64,000 nucleotides of DNA, from positions 8,989 to 72,988 of the forward strand of contig CAVVUM010000011.1 in the NCBI GenBank assembly GCA_963751505.1, in the 5' to 3' direction. Positions 1-8,377 of the stretch are shown here, piece by piece. A model generated the notes under the pieces. That model ran no database searches and was not told the DNA's origin. It saw only the letters and a list, made by a program, of their open reading frames with translations. Source of the DNA: an uncultured Coriobacteriia bacterium. Lineage in GTDB: Bacteria > Actinomycetota > Coriobacteriia > Anaerosomatales > PHET01. Both the position numbers and the translations under genes were made by a program. Within the stretch, counting starts at the first letter, position 1. Each line of letters opens with the position of its first letter.

Positions 1-959
1 CGACGACTGCGCCGGCTCGTTCGGCCAGAGGCACCGTGAAGGTGCCGGCGCCCGCGTAGAGGTCGGCGACGCGGTCGCTGCCGTCGGGCTCGAGCGCGTC
101 GAGAACGAGCTCGATGAGGCGCTCCGCGGCCTCGGTGTTCGTCTGGAAGAACGATGGCGCCGAGACGGTGAAGTCGAGCCCGCCCAGCCGCTCGCGCCAC
201 GCCCCTCTGCCCTGCAGGACCTCGACCTTGGTGACCGAGCGTCGCCGAACCTGCTCCTTGTACAGCACGCGAACCAGGCTCGTGACCGGGAGCGCCTGGC
301 CGATGACCTTCGCGGCGGCGCCTCGGGGAAACGGCCCAGGCGGTGTCCAGAGCGCCACCTCGACGTCCTTCGTGTGTCGAGCGGTGCGCACGGCGATCCG
401 TTCGATGCCGAGGTCCTCGGCCCCGCTCAGGTAGCGGAGGGCCCCCGCAAGCGCCTTGGGGGCCGTCCTGAGTCTCTTGGGGAGAAGGAGGCACGACTCG
501 ACGCGAACGACGTCGGTGGATGCCGACCGGTGGTAGCCGAGCGTGAACCGATCGGCGCCCGGATCCACGACAAACTCGACCTTGTTCCGGTAGCCGAGCG
601 GCGAGGGCGACGGGATGGCGGTTCCGACAAGGTCTTCGGCATCCGGCGACTCCGCCGATACGGGAGAGCGCGTCGACCACTGCGCGACGCTTGGCATCGA
701 GCTGCGCAGCGTAGGCGACATGCTGCCACTGGCACCCGCCGCACGCCCCGAAGTAGGGGCAAGGCGGCTCGATACGCTCGGGTGACGCGGTCAGCAGCTC
801 GGCTATCCGAGCACGTGCGAACCGAGGATGCTCCTCGGTGATCTCGATCGCAACCTGGTCGCCCGGGCAGGTGAGGGGCACGAAGACCGCCCGCCCGTCG
901 GGGAGATGCGCGACACCGTCGCCGCCGAAGGCGAGGCTCTCGATATCGACGGTGGGCAC
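1..959 (-). CDS. 23S rRNA (uracil-C5)-methyltransferase, RlmD/RumA family (TRAM + Fe-S + SAM MTase). The 3' end lies outside the window. One frame break near 648.
   Basis: Minus-strand translation from GTG (957-959) gives VPTVDIESLAFGGDGVAHLPDGRAVFVPLTCPGDQVAIEI (TRAM-like), CPYFGACGGCQWQH (Cys cluster), PSFFQTN and VADLYAGAGTFTVPLAERAG (SAM motif I). The post-break part has no Met start, so it is absent from the ORF track. Confidence 0.8.
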   Translation of the reverse strand, partial: MPTVDIESLAFGGDGVAHLPDGRAVFVPLTCPGDQVAIEITEEHPRFARARIAELLTASPERIEPPCPYFGACGGCQWQHVAYAAQLDAKRRAVVDALSRIGGVAGCRRPCRNRHPVALAARLPEQGRVCRGSGRRSVHARLPPVGIHRRRSRRVVPPSPQETQDGPQGACGGPPLPERGRGPRHRTDRRAHRSTHEGRRGGALDTAWAVSPRRRREGHRPGAPGHEPGSRAVQGAGSATLGHQGRGPAGQRGVARAAGRARLHRLGAIVLPDEHRGRGAPHRARSRRARARRQRPRRRPLRGRRHLHGASGRTSRRSR

Positions 960-1116
960 TGCTGCGGATCCCTTCGTTCGGCGGCAGTCCCATGCTACCC
1001 GAGCGCGGGGGCTATAGAGCACGCCTACTCAAGCCGATACCACAAGAGGACACGCGTTCAACGTGGGCGGGGGAGCCACGGTTCCCGACCGCCGACCGCC
1101 GAGGAGGTCGCTTTTC

Positions 1117-1810
1117 GTGGGTGCGAAGATGGTACTGATCGTCCACGACGACACCACGTTCGTCGAACAGCTGAGGCGAGGACTGACGGCTACCGCGCCC
1201 GAAGTCGAGGTCGCCATAGCGTTGTCTGCGCCACGCGCGCTGGGCATGGTCGCCGCCGAGACTCCCGACGTCATCGTCGTCGACGCCGAGTTGGTGGGCG
1301 TGGACGGCTACGCGCTGACGCAGCAGCTCAAGTCCGACCCCAAGACCAAGGACGTCCCCGTGGTCATCGTCACGCTCTCGCCGAGCGAGTCCTCGGCGCT
1401 GCGCGCACGGCAGGCGGGCGCGGCCGCCCACCTCGCCGCGGCAGGGCCGCTCGACGCGATCGTCAGCAAGGTCGTTGCACTCACCGGCCAGACCGACGCG
1501 GCGGCTCCCGCTTCGCCGCCGCCCGTCTCGGCACCGGTCAACGATTCAGCCTCCAGCGGGCCCGCGTCGATCAATGGCTTCGCGGTTCCCGAGGTGACGC
1601 CGTCGGCCGCCGCAGCGACTGTGCCCGAGGTGCCGGCCTCGGTCCCGTCGCCGGCGGCCGCCGTCGCCACGGCGCCTGCCGCGGCGCAGGCCCCGTCGGC
1701 CGTGGGACTGCTCGACTTGCCTGAGCTGCCCCAAGAGCCCGTGGCGCCCAGTGCCGTCGCCGAGCCCATGTCGTCGGTCGCGAGCGTCGCCGAGGCGCCC
1801 GCTGAGCGAG
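1117..1810 (+). CDS. Response-regulator receiver (REC) domain plus a ~190-aa Pro/Ala/Ser-rich linker. There is no stop before pilT, and a +1 shift near 1805 joins it to the PilT frame (probable REC-PilT fusion).
   Basis: ORF 1063..2559, first part: MVLIVHDDTTFVEQL...PDVIVVDAELVGVDGYALTQQLK...VPVVIVTLSPS (DD pocket, phospho-acceptor D, T). RBS gaggagg at 1101-1107 favours GTG 1117 (ATG 1129 is the alternative). After ~1810 this frame becomes Arg-rich nonsense, while frame 2 continues EAPADAPIMPGYAG... into PilT. Confidence 0.6.
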
Positions 1811-1831
1811 GCGCCGGCAGATGCGCCGATC

Positions 1832-3010
1832 ATGCCAGGCTACGCCGGCCCGGCAGAGGCGCGCGGCTCAGGCAACGCGCCGTTCGGCTCGTGTCCCTCA
1901 GTCTCGGTATCCGAGTCCGTCCCCAACCTCGACTCGGACGAAGTACCCCACATCGACGATCTACTGCGGCTCATGCTGCAGCGCGGCGGTTCCGACCTGC
2001 ACGTGACCGTCGGGAGCCCCCCGGGCATCCGCCAGCGCGGCGATATCATTCCGATCGAGAGCGTGAAGCCGCTGTCGCAGCGCGACACGATGGAGATGAT
2101 CCTGTCGCTACTCTCCGAGGAGCAGCGCCGACGCTTCGAGACCGAACTCGAACTCGACTTCGCCTACTCCATACCTGGCGTCTCGCGATTCCGCGCCAAC
2201 GTCTTCCAGCAGCGCAACTCGATGGGCGCCGTGTTCCGCGTCATTCCCATCGAGATCCCGACGATGCAGGACCTCGGACTCCCCAAGGTCTGTCAGGTCC
2301 TTGCCGAGCGCCCGCGCGGGCTCGTTCTCGTGACCGGCCCGACCGGCTCGGGCAAGTCGACGACGCTCGCCGCGATGATCGACCACATCAACGAGACCCG
2401 ACCGGTCCACATCATCACGCTCGAGGACCCGATCGAGTTCATGCACCGCAACAAGAGGGCGTTCATCAACCAGCGCGAGGTCGGCGAGGACACGCACTCG
2501 TTCTCGTCGGCCCTCAAGCGCGTTCTGCGTCAGGACCCCGACGTCATCCTCGTCGGTGAGATGCGCGACCTCGAGACCATCTCGGCGGCCATCACCGCTG
2601 CCGAGACCGGACACCTCGTGCTCGCGACGCTGCACACCACGGGCGGTCCCGAAACCGTCGACCGCGTGATCGACGTGTTCCCGCCGCATCAGCAGCAGCA
2701 GGTCCGCATGCAGCTCTCGACCACGCTCGAGGGCGTTCTGTCGCAGACACTGCTACGCTCGACCGACGGACGCAGCCGCGTGATGGCGATGGAGATCATG
2801 CTCGGCATCCCCGCGATATCGAACCTGATCCGCGAGGGAAAGACGCACCAGATGGAGACGATCATCCAGGGCGGCGCGCAGTTGGGTATGCAGACGCTCG
2901 ACCAGCATCTCAAGACGCTGCTCAATCAGGGTAAAGTCACCTTCGAAGAGGCCGTCAGCAAGGCGAAGAATCCTCGCGAACTCGCTAACATGGTGGGACG
3001 CAAACTCTAG
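1832..3010 (+). CDS. pilT: Type IV pilus retraction ATPase PilT (ATPase core; may be the C-terminal part of a REC-PilT fusion).
   Basis: ORF 1751..3010. Walker A GPTGSGKSTT, Walker B DVILVGEMRD, His box GHLVLATLHT, PilT signature AISNLIREGKTHQ. Intact frame. Confidence 0.9.
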   Translation: MPGYAGPAEARGSGNAPFGSCPSVSVSESVPNLDSDEVPHIDDLLRLMLQRGGSDLHVTVGSPPGIRQRGDIIPIESVKPLSQRDTMEMILSLLSEEQRRRFETELELDFAYSIPGVSRFRANVFQQRNSMGAVFRVIPIEIPTMQDLGLPKVCQVLAERPRGLVLVTGPTGSGKSTTLAAMIDHINETRPVHIITLEDPIEFMHRNKRAFINQREVGEDTHSFSSALKRVLRQDPDVILVGEMRDLETISAAITAAETGHLVLATLHTTGGPETVDRVIDVFPPHQQQQVRMQLSTTLEGVLSQTLLRSTDGRSRVMAMEIMLGIPAISNLIREGKTHQMETIIQGGAQLGMQTLDQHLKTLLNQGKVTFEEAVSKAKNPRELANMVGRKL

Positions 3011-3032
3011 GGGCCAGGTCATACACGCCGAA

Positions 3033-3068
3033 CGGCGGGCCTCCCTCCTGGGGCCCGCCGTTTCTTAT
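3033..3068 (+). terminator. Rho-independent terminator after pilT.
   Basis: Stem cggcgggcc (3033-3041) pairs with ggcccgccg (3052-3060). 10-nt loop, then tttcttatt. Confidence 0.75.
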
Positions 3069-3083
3069 TGGAGGAGAGGGTCC

Positions 3084-3833
3084 ATGGACACGCTGTACGC
3101 GGGGACAGGGAGCGGTCTCGGGACCGACGTGACGGACGTCGTCGTGATGCCGGTCTTCAACGAGGCCGGAACCGTGGGCCCGGTGCTTGACGCCGTCCGC
3201 GAGCACTATGCGGGCGAGATCATCGTCATCGATGACGGCTCGACCGACGGGACCGCGCTGGTGCTCGCCCGGCGCTCCGACGTGGCGGTGGTCTCGCTCG
3301 ACCGCAACTGCGGCTACGGCTGCGCCTTGAGGCTCGGCTTCGACGTCGCGCGCGAGCTCGGCGGCGAACGCGTCATCACCATGGACTGCGACGGGCAGCA
3401 CGAACCCGCCCACATCCCGCAGTTCCTCGAGGCGCTGACCGGAGACTGGGACATCGTCTCCGGCAGCCGCTACCTGCCCGGAAGCGGCGCCAATGGGGCC
3501 GCGCCGGCTGACCGTCAGGAGATCAACCGAGCGATCACCGCGCTGGTGAACGGGGCGACCGGGTGGAGCCTCACCGACTCCTTCTGCGGCTTCAAGGCCT
3601 ACCGCGCGGAGGCGCTCGCGCGGGTGCGACTCAGCGAGCCGGGCTACGCCATGCCGCTCGAACTGTGGGCCCACGCGTGGCGCGCAGGCTTGCGCGTGCG
3701 CGAGCTGGCGGTCGAGAGGATCTACTGCGACCGTGAGCGGTCGTTCGGCGCCGACCTCGACGACCCCGAGCAGCGACTCGCGTACTACCTCGAGGTGTGG
3801 GAGCGAGCGCTCGAGCAGGAGGTGGGAACGTGA
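3084..3833 (+). CDS. Family-2 glycosyltransferase (DPM1/GtrB-like, soluble).
   Basis: ORF 3084..3833, intact. VVMPVFNEAGTV, IIVIDDGSTDGT, DxD-type MDCDGQH. RBS ggaggag 3070-3076. Confidence 0.8.
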   Translation: MDTLYAGTGSGLGTDVTDVVVMPVFNEAGTVGPVLDAVREHYAGEIIVIDDGSTDGTALVLARRSDVAVVSLDRNCGYGCALRLGFDVARELGGERVITMDCDGQHEPAHIPQFLEALTGDWDIVSGSRYLPGSGANGAAPADRQEINRAITALVNGATGWSLTDSFCGFKAYRAEALARVRLSEPGYAMPLELWAHAWRAGLRVRELAVERIYCDRERSFGADLDDPEQRLAYYLEVWERALEQEVGT

Positions 3834-4526
3834 CAGACGCGGGCTACGATGCCGTGTGCGTTGGCGCGCATCCTGACGACGTCGAGATCGGCATGGGCGC
3901 TACGATCGCGAAGATGACCGCCGCGGGCAGGCGGGTCGCCATCGTCGACCTCACGAACGGCGAACCCACGCCGCACGGGAGCGTCGAGGTCCGGGCAGCC
4001 GAGAGCGCTCGCGCAGCCGAAATTCTCGGCGTGCAGGTGCGGCGCACGCTCACCCAGCCGAATCGCTACCTCTTCGACACCGTCGAGGCGCGGACCGAGC
4101 TTGCCGAGGTGCTGCGCGAGCTGCGCCCCCGCATGCTCTTCATCCCGTACGCCGAGGACGCCCACCCCGATCACATCGCCGCGTCGTCGATAGCGGTGGC
4201 CGCGCGCTTCTACAGCAAGTTCACCAAGACCTCGATGGCAGGCGAGCCTTTCTACCCGGCCCGGGTGTTCCGGTACATGGCGGTGCACCTGCGCGTCGTC
4301 GCTCAGCCCACCTTCGTCGTCGAATGCGCCGACTACCTGCCGCGCAAGCTCGACGCGCTTGCGCGCCTATCACTCGCAGTTCGGGATGAACCCCGGGAAT
4401 GCGGGCATCATCGCCAGCATGGAGCAGGCCGCGCGCATGTGGGGAGCGATGGCGAACGTCTCGGCTGCCGAGCCGTTCTTCGCGCTCGAGACGCCGGCGC
4501 TGTCGACCCCCGACGAGATCCTCTAG
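3830..4526 (+). CDS. PIG-L/LmbE-family N-acetylglucosaminyl deacetylase (BshB/MshB-like). One +1 frame break at 4359-4360.
   Basis: GTG 3830 overlaps the GT2 stop (GTGA). AVCVGAHPDDVEIGMGATIAK, EDAHPDHIAAS. Removing one t from gcgcttgcgcgcc restores KLDALRAYHSQFGMNPGNAGII...ETPALSTPDEIL, stop 4524-4526. Confidence 0.8.
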
Positions 4527-4536
4527 GAGACCTCTG

Positions 4537-6124
4537 ATGGTGCGAGCGCGCCCCGGCCTGCCGGCCGGTCACGGTGAGCTGCTGGAGTCACCCGCCTTCG
4601 CCGAGTGGGCCTCGATCGTCTCAGGCAACCGGGAGCTTCTGGCGACCCACGACTTCGACGTCGCCGGCGTGCCAGCTCGCGTCGTTGCGCGAGCTGGCTC
4701 GGCGAGAGAGTGCCGACGCCGCGACGACCTTCTCGGCGAGGCTGGGCGTGCCGGTGAAGCGGCTCGATCCCGGCTCGGCGATCGTGATGACCGGGCACCA
4801 GCCCGAGCTCTACCACCCCGGTGTGTGGGTGAAGGACTTCTTGCTCCAGCGCCTGTCCGAGGAGACTGGCGCGAGCGCGATCGACGTGGTCGTGGACTCC
4901 GACGGGTTCGACACGGTCTCGGTCAGCCGCGCCGTGCCTCGCACCGGAGGTCCGACGCTGCCGTCAGTACCTCGCGGTCGGCACGCCTTCGAGCTGCTAC
5001 GCGTGCACGCCTCCGCCCGAGCCGCGCGCGATCGAGGACTTCTGTCGGCAGGGCGACGAGATGCTCGCGACGCTGCCGGCGCCCTCGGTTCGGCGGCACT
5101 TCTCGGAGTTCTGCGGTTGTCTGCGCTCCGCTGCCGCTGACGGGCGCACGCTGGCGGAGGTCGTGACCTTCGCGCGGCGACGCTACGAGGCCTCGGCGGG
5201 CACGGACTACGCCGAGCTGCCGGTCACCGAGCTCGTCGCGAGGACGCGCCTTCGCGACGTTCGTGGTCGGACCTCGCGCGCCGACGCGGAGCGGTTCGCC
5301 GCGGTCTACAACGCCGAGCTCGACGCGTTCCGTGCGCCGCACGGGCGTTCGCTCGGCCGCGCAGCCGTTCCCCGACCTCAAGTCGGACGCCGCATCGGGG
5401 CGCGTGGAGCTGCCGCTCTGGGTACTCGGCGACGGTCGTCGCGAGACGCTGTGGGTGCAGCGACGCGGACGGCGCCGTCGTCCTGTTCGCGGGCGACGCG
5501 GAGCTGCTGGCGCTTCCCGCCGACGCGCAGTCGGCCGTCGAGGCGCTGACGCGCCTCGGGGTCGCACGATCGCGCCCAAGGCGCTCGCGCTCACGCTGTT
5601 CGTTCGGCTGTTCTGCTGCGACCTGTTCATCCACGGCGTGGGTGGCGGCCGCTACGACCAGGTCACCGACGGGGTGTGCAGGGCGCTACTACGGAGTGGA
5701 GCCGCCGGCCTTCGTCGTGGCGTCGCTCACGATGTACCTGCCGCTCGGGGCGCATCTCGTGAGCGAGGAGGAGGTTTCCGCAGCGCGAGAGCGTCTGAAC
5801 CGCGTGGAGCACAACCCCGACGCGCTGCTCGCCGAGGCGCAGTTCGAGTCCGCCGGTCGAGGCGGAGCGTGCGCGCGACCTTGCGGCCGAGAAGGCGACG
5901 CTGGTTGCGGCGATCGCGGCGCCCGGCGCCGACAAGAAGGCGCTCGGCCTGCGGATCCGCGAGGTCAACGCCGAGCTCGCGCAGCTGCTCGACCCCTTCG
6001 CGAGGAGCTGCGACGACAGCTCGCCTCGCTCGAATCGCAGCGTGCGTCGACCGAGGTCTTCACCGACCGGACGTACCCGTTCTGCCTCTGGTCGCCCGAC
6101 GAGGTCGCCGACAAGGTGCGGTGA
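4537..6124 (+). CDS. Conserved hypothetical ~529-aa protein, possibly a distant BshC-like ligase. At least 10 frame breaks as sequenced.
   Basis: RBS aggaga 4525-4530, ATG 4537. Stitched across ORFs 4399/4574/5061/5263/5642: ...AIVMTGHQPELYHPGVWVKDFLLQRL...IDVVVDSDGFD...AERFAAVYNAELDAF...GRVELPLWVLGDGRRETLWVQ...LFCCDLFIHGVGGGRYDQVTDGV...YYGVEPPAFVVASLTMYLPLG. The C-terminal heptad-like region reads ERARDLAAEKATLVAAI...REVNAELAQLL...EELRRQLASLESQ. That this is a gene is solid; the function is a guess. Confidence 0.5.
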
Positions 6125-6175
6125 CGGCGGGGTCGGCACGCGTGGCGGCGATTCCGCGCGGCGGGGCGCGCGAGA

Positions 6176-6204
6176 TTGCCGAGCACCTCGTCGCGCGCTA
6201 GTAT
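6176..6204 (+). promoter_or_regulatory. Sigma-70-like promoter for the ferredoxin gene.
   Basis: TTGCCG (6176-6181), 17-nt spacer, TAGTAT (6199-6204). About 50 nt upstream of ATG 6254. Confidence 0.45.
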
Positions 6205-6253
6205 GCGTCCCACCGTGAGCGCCATGCGCTAGTGTCAGCAGAAAGGACCGCCC

Positions 6254-6430
6254 ATGTCTGTGCCCGTCGTCGATCCGAATCTGTGCACCGCGTGCGGCAT
6301 CTGCGTGGACGAGTGCCCGCAGAGCTGCTACGACCTCGAGGACATCGCGCGGCTGAACCGCCCCGATGACTGCACCGAGTGCGGCATCTGCGTGGACTCG
6401 TGCCCCAACGCCGCGATCTCGATGGACTAG
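6254..6430 (+). CDS. 2x[4Fe-4S] mini-ferredoxin, 58 aa (below the ORF-track length cutoff).
   Basis: My translation: MSVPVVDPNLCTACGICVDECPQSCYDLEDIARLNRPDDCTECGICVDSCPNAAISMD. It has two CxxCxxCxxxCP motifs. RBS gaaagga at 6241-6247. Confidence 0.85.
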   Translation: MSVPVVDPNLCTACGICVDECPQSCYDLEDIARLNRPDDCTECGICVDSCPNAAISMD

Positions 6431-6458
6431 CGGTTCGAGAACAACCAGATCCGCGAAC

Positions 6459-6484
6459 GAGGGCCGGGAGTCATCCCGGCCCTC
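6459..6484. terminator. Bidirectional hairpin between the convergent ferredoxin and plsY genes.
   Basis: gagggccggga-gtca-tcccggccctc, a perfect 11-bp stem. The T-tract is weak. Confidence 0.55.
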
Positions 6485-6511
6485 GGTGCGTTCTACAGGG
6501 CGCGAGCAGGG

Positions 6512-7225
6512 TCAGCCGCGCGGCCCCATCCGGTCGTTGATGTAGAGCTTGGGCTCCTTGCCCTGAAGCAGGCCGACGAAGCGACGATGGTGTGCCGCGT
6601 ACACGAACAGCCCCATGAGCAGCGCGAAGGCCCAGTCGGGCGATCCAAGGAGCAGCGCCGTCGCCGGGAGGGTGAGGGCGGCCGCCACCTGGCCGGCCAT
6701 CATGTAGCGGGTGATCGCGATGACCGTGAGCCCGACGACCACCACGGCGACGAAGTAGCGCCAGTCGTAGGCGAGCAGCGCGCCGCCGCCGGTCGCGAGC
6801 CCCTTGCCCGTGCGCGTGAAGCGCCGCTTGATGAGCGCCATCCACAGCGAGTAGTTGTGACCGACCACCGCGCCGGCCACCGCGAGCTGCACGAAGAGGT
6901 AGGCCATGAGCACGGCGCGCGAGTCGATGGGGCCGAGCGTCACCCCGGTCGGGGCGATCAGGAGTAGCGCCGGGAATGGCGAGGTACTTGGCGACGGCGA
7001 CCGGGCACGAAGCCTTTGAAGCGCGTCGGCGAACATCGCGACGACGAACCAGCCCCACGAGCCGGTCGAGCGGCGCACGTTCATGGCGCCCACGTTGCCG
7101 GTGCCGTGCGCGGTGATGTCCTCGCCGGTGACGAGCCGGACGATGATGTAGGCGAAGGGGATCGAGCCGACCAGGTAGGCGGCGGCCAGCGAGCAGCGCG
7201 AGATCGCCCACGCTCAGCGTGGTCA
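6512..7225 (-). CDS. plsY: Glycerol-3-phosphate acyltransferase PlsY. Two frame breaks (~7010, ~6965).
   Basis: GTG at 7223-7225. LLAAAYLVGSIPFAYIIVRLVTGEDITAHGTGNVGAMNVRRSTG (pieces in the 6471..7871 and 6512..7093 ORFs), HNYSLWM, KGLATGGGALLA. Confidence 0.85.
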
Positions 7226-8130
7226 CGATGCCGCCTTCCTCGGGACGAGGCACTCGATCGCGCCAGGCAGCATGCGGACCTCGTAGCGGCGCTCGGCGTA
7301 GACCTCGCCGTCGATCTGCGCGGGCAGCGGCTCGGTCGCACTCGATGGTCGCCGAGGTGTGGCGCGACATGTGGACCCGCCGCATCTTCGTGTGCTTGCC
7401 GACGATCACGAAGGGCAGCCGCACGAGCGCCTGGGGCAGCGAGAGCGGGTCGATCATGCAGACATCGAAGAGCCCGTCATCGGCGACGGCGTCGGGCGTG
7501 ATGAAGAAGCCGCCGCCGTAGGTGGGCCCCTGGGTCATCGCGATGATGAGCGTGTCGTAGTGCTCGCAGGGTCCGTCGTCGAACGCGATCGCGCATGTCG
7601 AAGCTGCCGAGGTCGTTGAAGAGCACGTGCAGCAGCGCGGTGAGGTAGAGCCAGAGCCCCGAGCGGCCCGTGGTGACCTTGTACTCGACCGCCTTGGCGG
7701 TGACCTTCGCGTCGAGCCCGGCCGCGAACAGTTGTTGAAGTAGACCCCGTTGCACAGACCGACGTCGAAGCGCCGGGCCTCGCCGGTCGACAGCACGAGC
7801 GCGGCCTGGGCGAGATCGGTCGGGATACCCAGCGTGCGGCGCGTGTCGTTGCCCGACCCGGTCGGCAGCACGCCGAGCGCGGGCGGCCTCCGGCGGGTGC
7901 GACATGAGCCCGTTGAGGACCTCGTGGACGGTGCCGTCGCCGCCGGCCGCGACGACGAGTCGTAGCTCGCGCCACGGCCGCGCGACCTCGGTCGCGTGGC
8001 CCATGCGCTCGGTGATCACCGTGTCGTGGGGGACGTTCGCGAGCAGCTGCTCGATCACGGGGACCAGCTTGGCGGTCTCTCCGTGTCGGGCGGCGGGGTT
8101 GATGATGAGCAGCGTGTCGGGCGCTGGCAC
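7222..8130 (-). CDS. Diacylglycerol/lipid kinase catalytic-domain protein (YegS/BmrU/DagK family). About 4 frame breaks (~7885, ~7730, ~7590, ~7335).
   Basis: GTG 8130 with RBS gaaggga. LLIINPAARHG, LVVAAGGDGTVHEVLNGL, LGVLPTGSGNDTRRTLGIP, MTQGPTYGGGFFITPDA, AQIDGEVYAE. The stop overlaps the plsY start (GTGA). Confidence 0.8.
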
Positions 8131-8227
8131 GTGCGAGTCCCTTCGGCCGAGCGTTGGGGCAAGAATAGCGCAGGCGAGGCGCGTTGGTCTCAACCGGAGC
8201 GTGTGGTAGAGTGCGGTCTCGCTTCGC

Positions 8228-8303
8228 GCCCTCTTAGCTCAGTGGATAGAGCGTCTGCCTCCGGAGCAGAAGGTCGCAGGTTCGAATCCTGCAGAGGGCG
8301 CCA
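8228..8303 (+). tRNA. tRNA-Arg (anticodon CCG), CCA encoded.
   Basis: Cloverleaf by eye. Acceptor gccctct/agagggc, D arm gctc-agtggata-gagc, anticodon arm tctgc-ctCCGga-gcaga, T arm gcagg-ttcgaat-cctgc, discriminator g, then cca. Confidence 0.9.
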
Positions 8304-8317
8304 TCGACCAGACACAG

Positions 8318-8349
8318 TGAGGCCGGTTCCGCATGCGGAACCGGCCTCA
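8318..8349. terminator. Bidirectional hairpin between tRNA-Arg and the convergent EF-G2 gene.
   Basis: tgaggccggttccgc-at-gcggaaccggcctca, a near-perfect 15-bp palindrome. Confidence 0.6.
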
Positions 8350-8377
8350 TGTCGTTGTCGCGTGGAGCGAGCGGTCG

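Noticed and set aside
6471-7871. A 466-aa minus-strand ORF covering plsY and the lipid kinase.
   Set aside because: It is a chimera. It contains true lipid-kinase segments (LPTGSGNDTRRTLGIP, IAFDDGPCEHYDTLIIAMTQGPTYGGG), but it runs out of frame through plsY. I replaced it with two separate repaired genes that share a GTGA stop/start overlap at 7222-7225.
8228-8303. The tRNA-Arg and tRNA-Ala (37231-37306) loci as integration sites of genomic islands.
   Set aside because: I saw no integrase, no direct repeat of either tRNA 3' end downstream, and no compositional shift. The flanking genes are core housekeeping genes.
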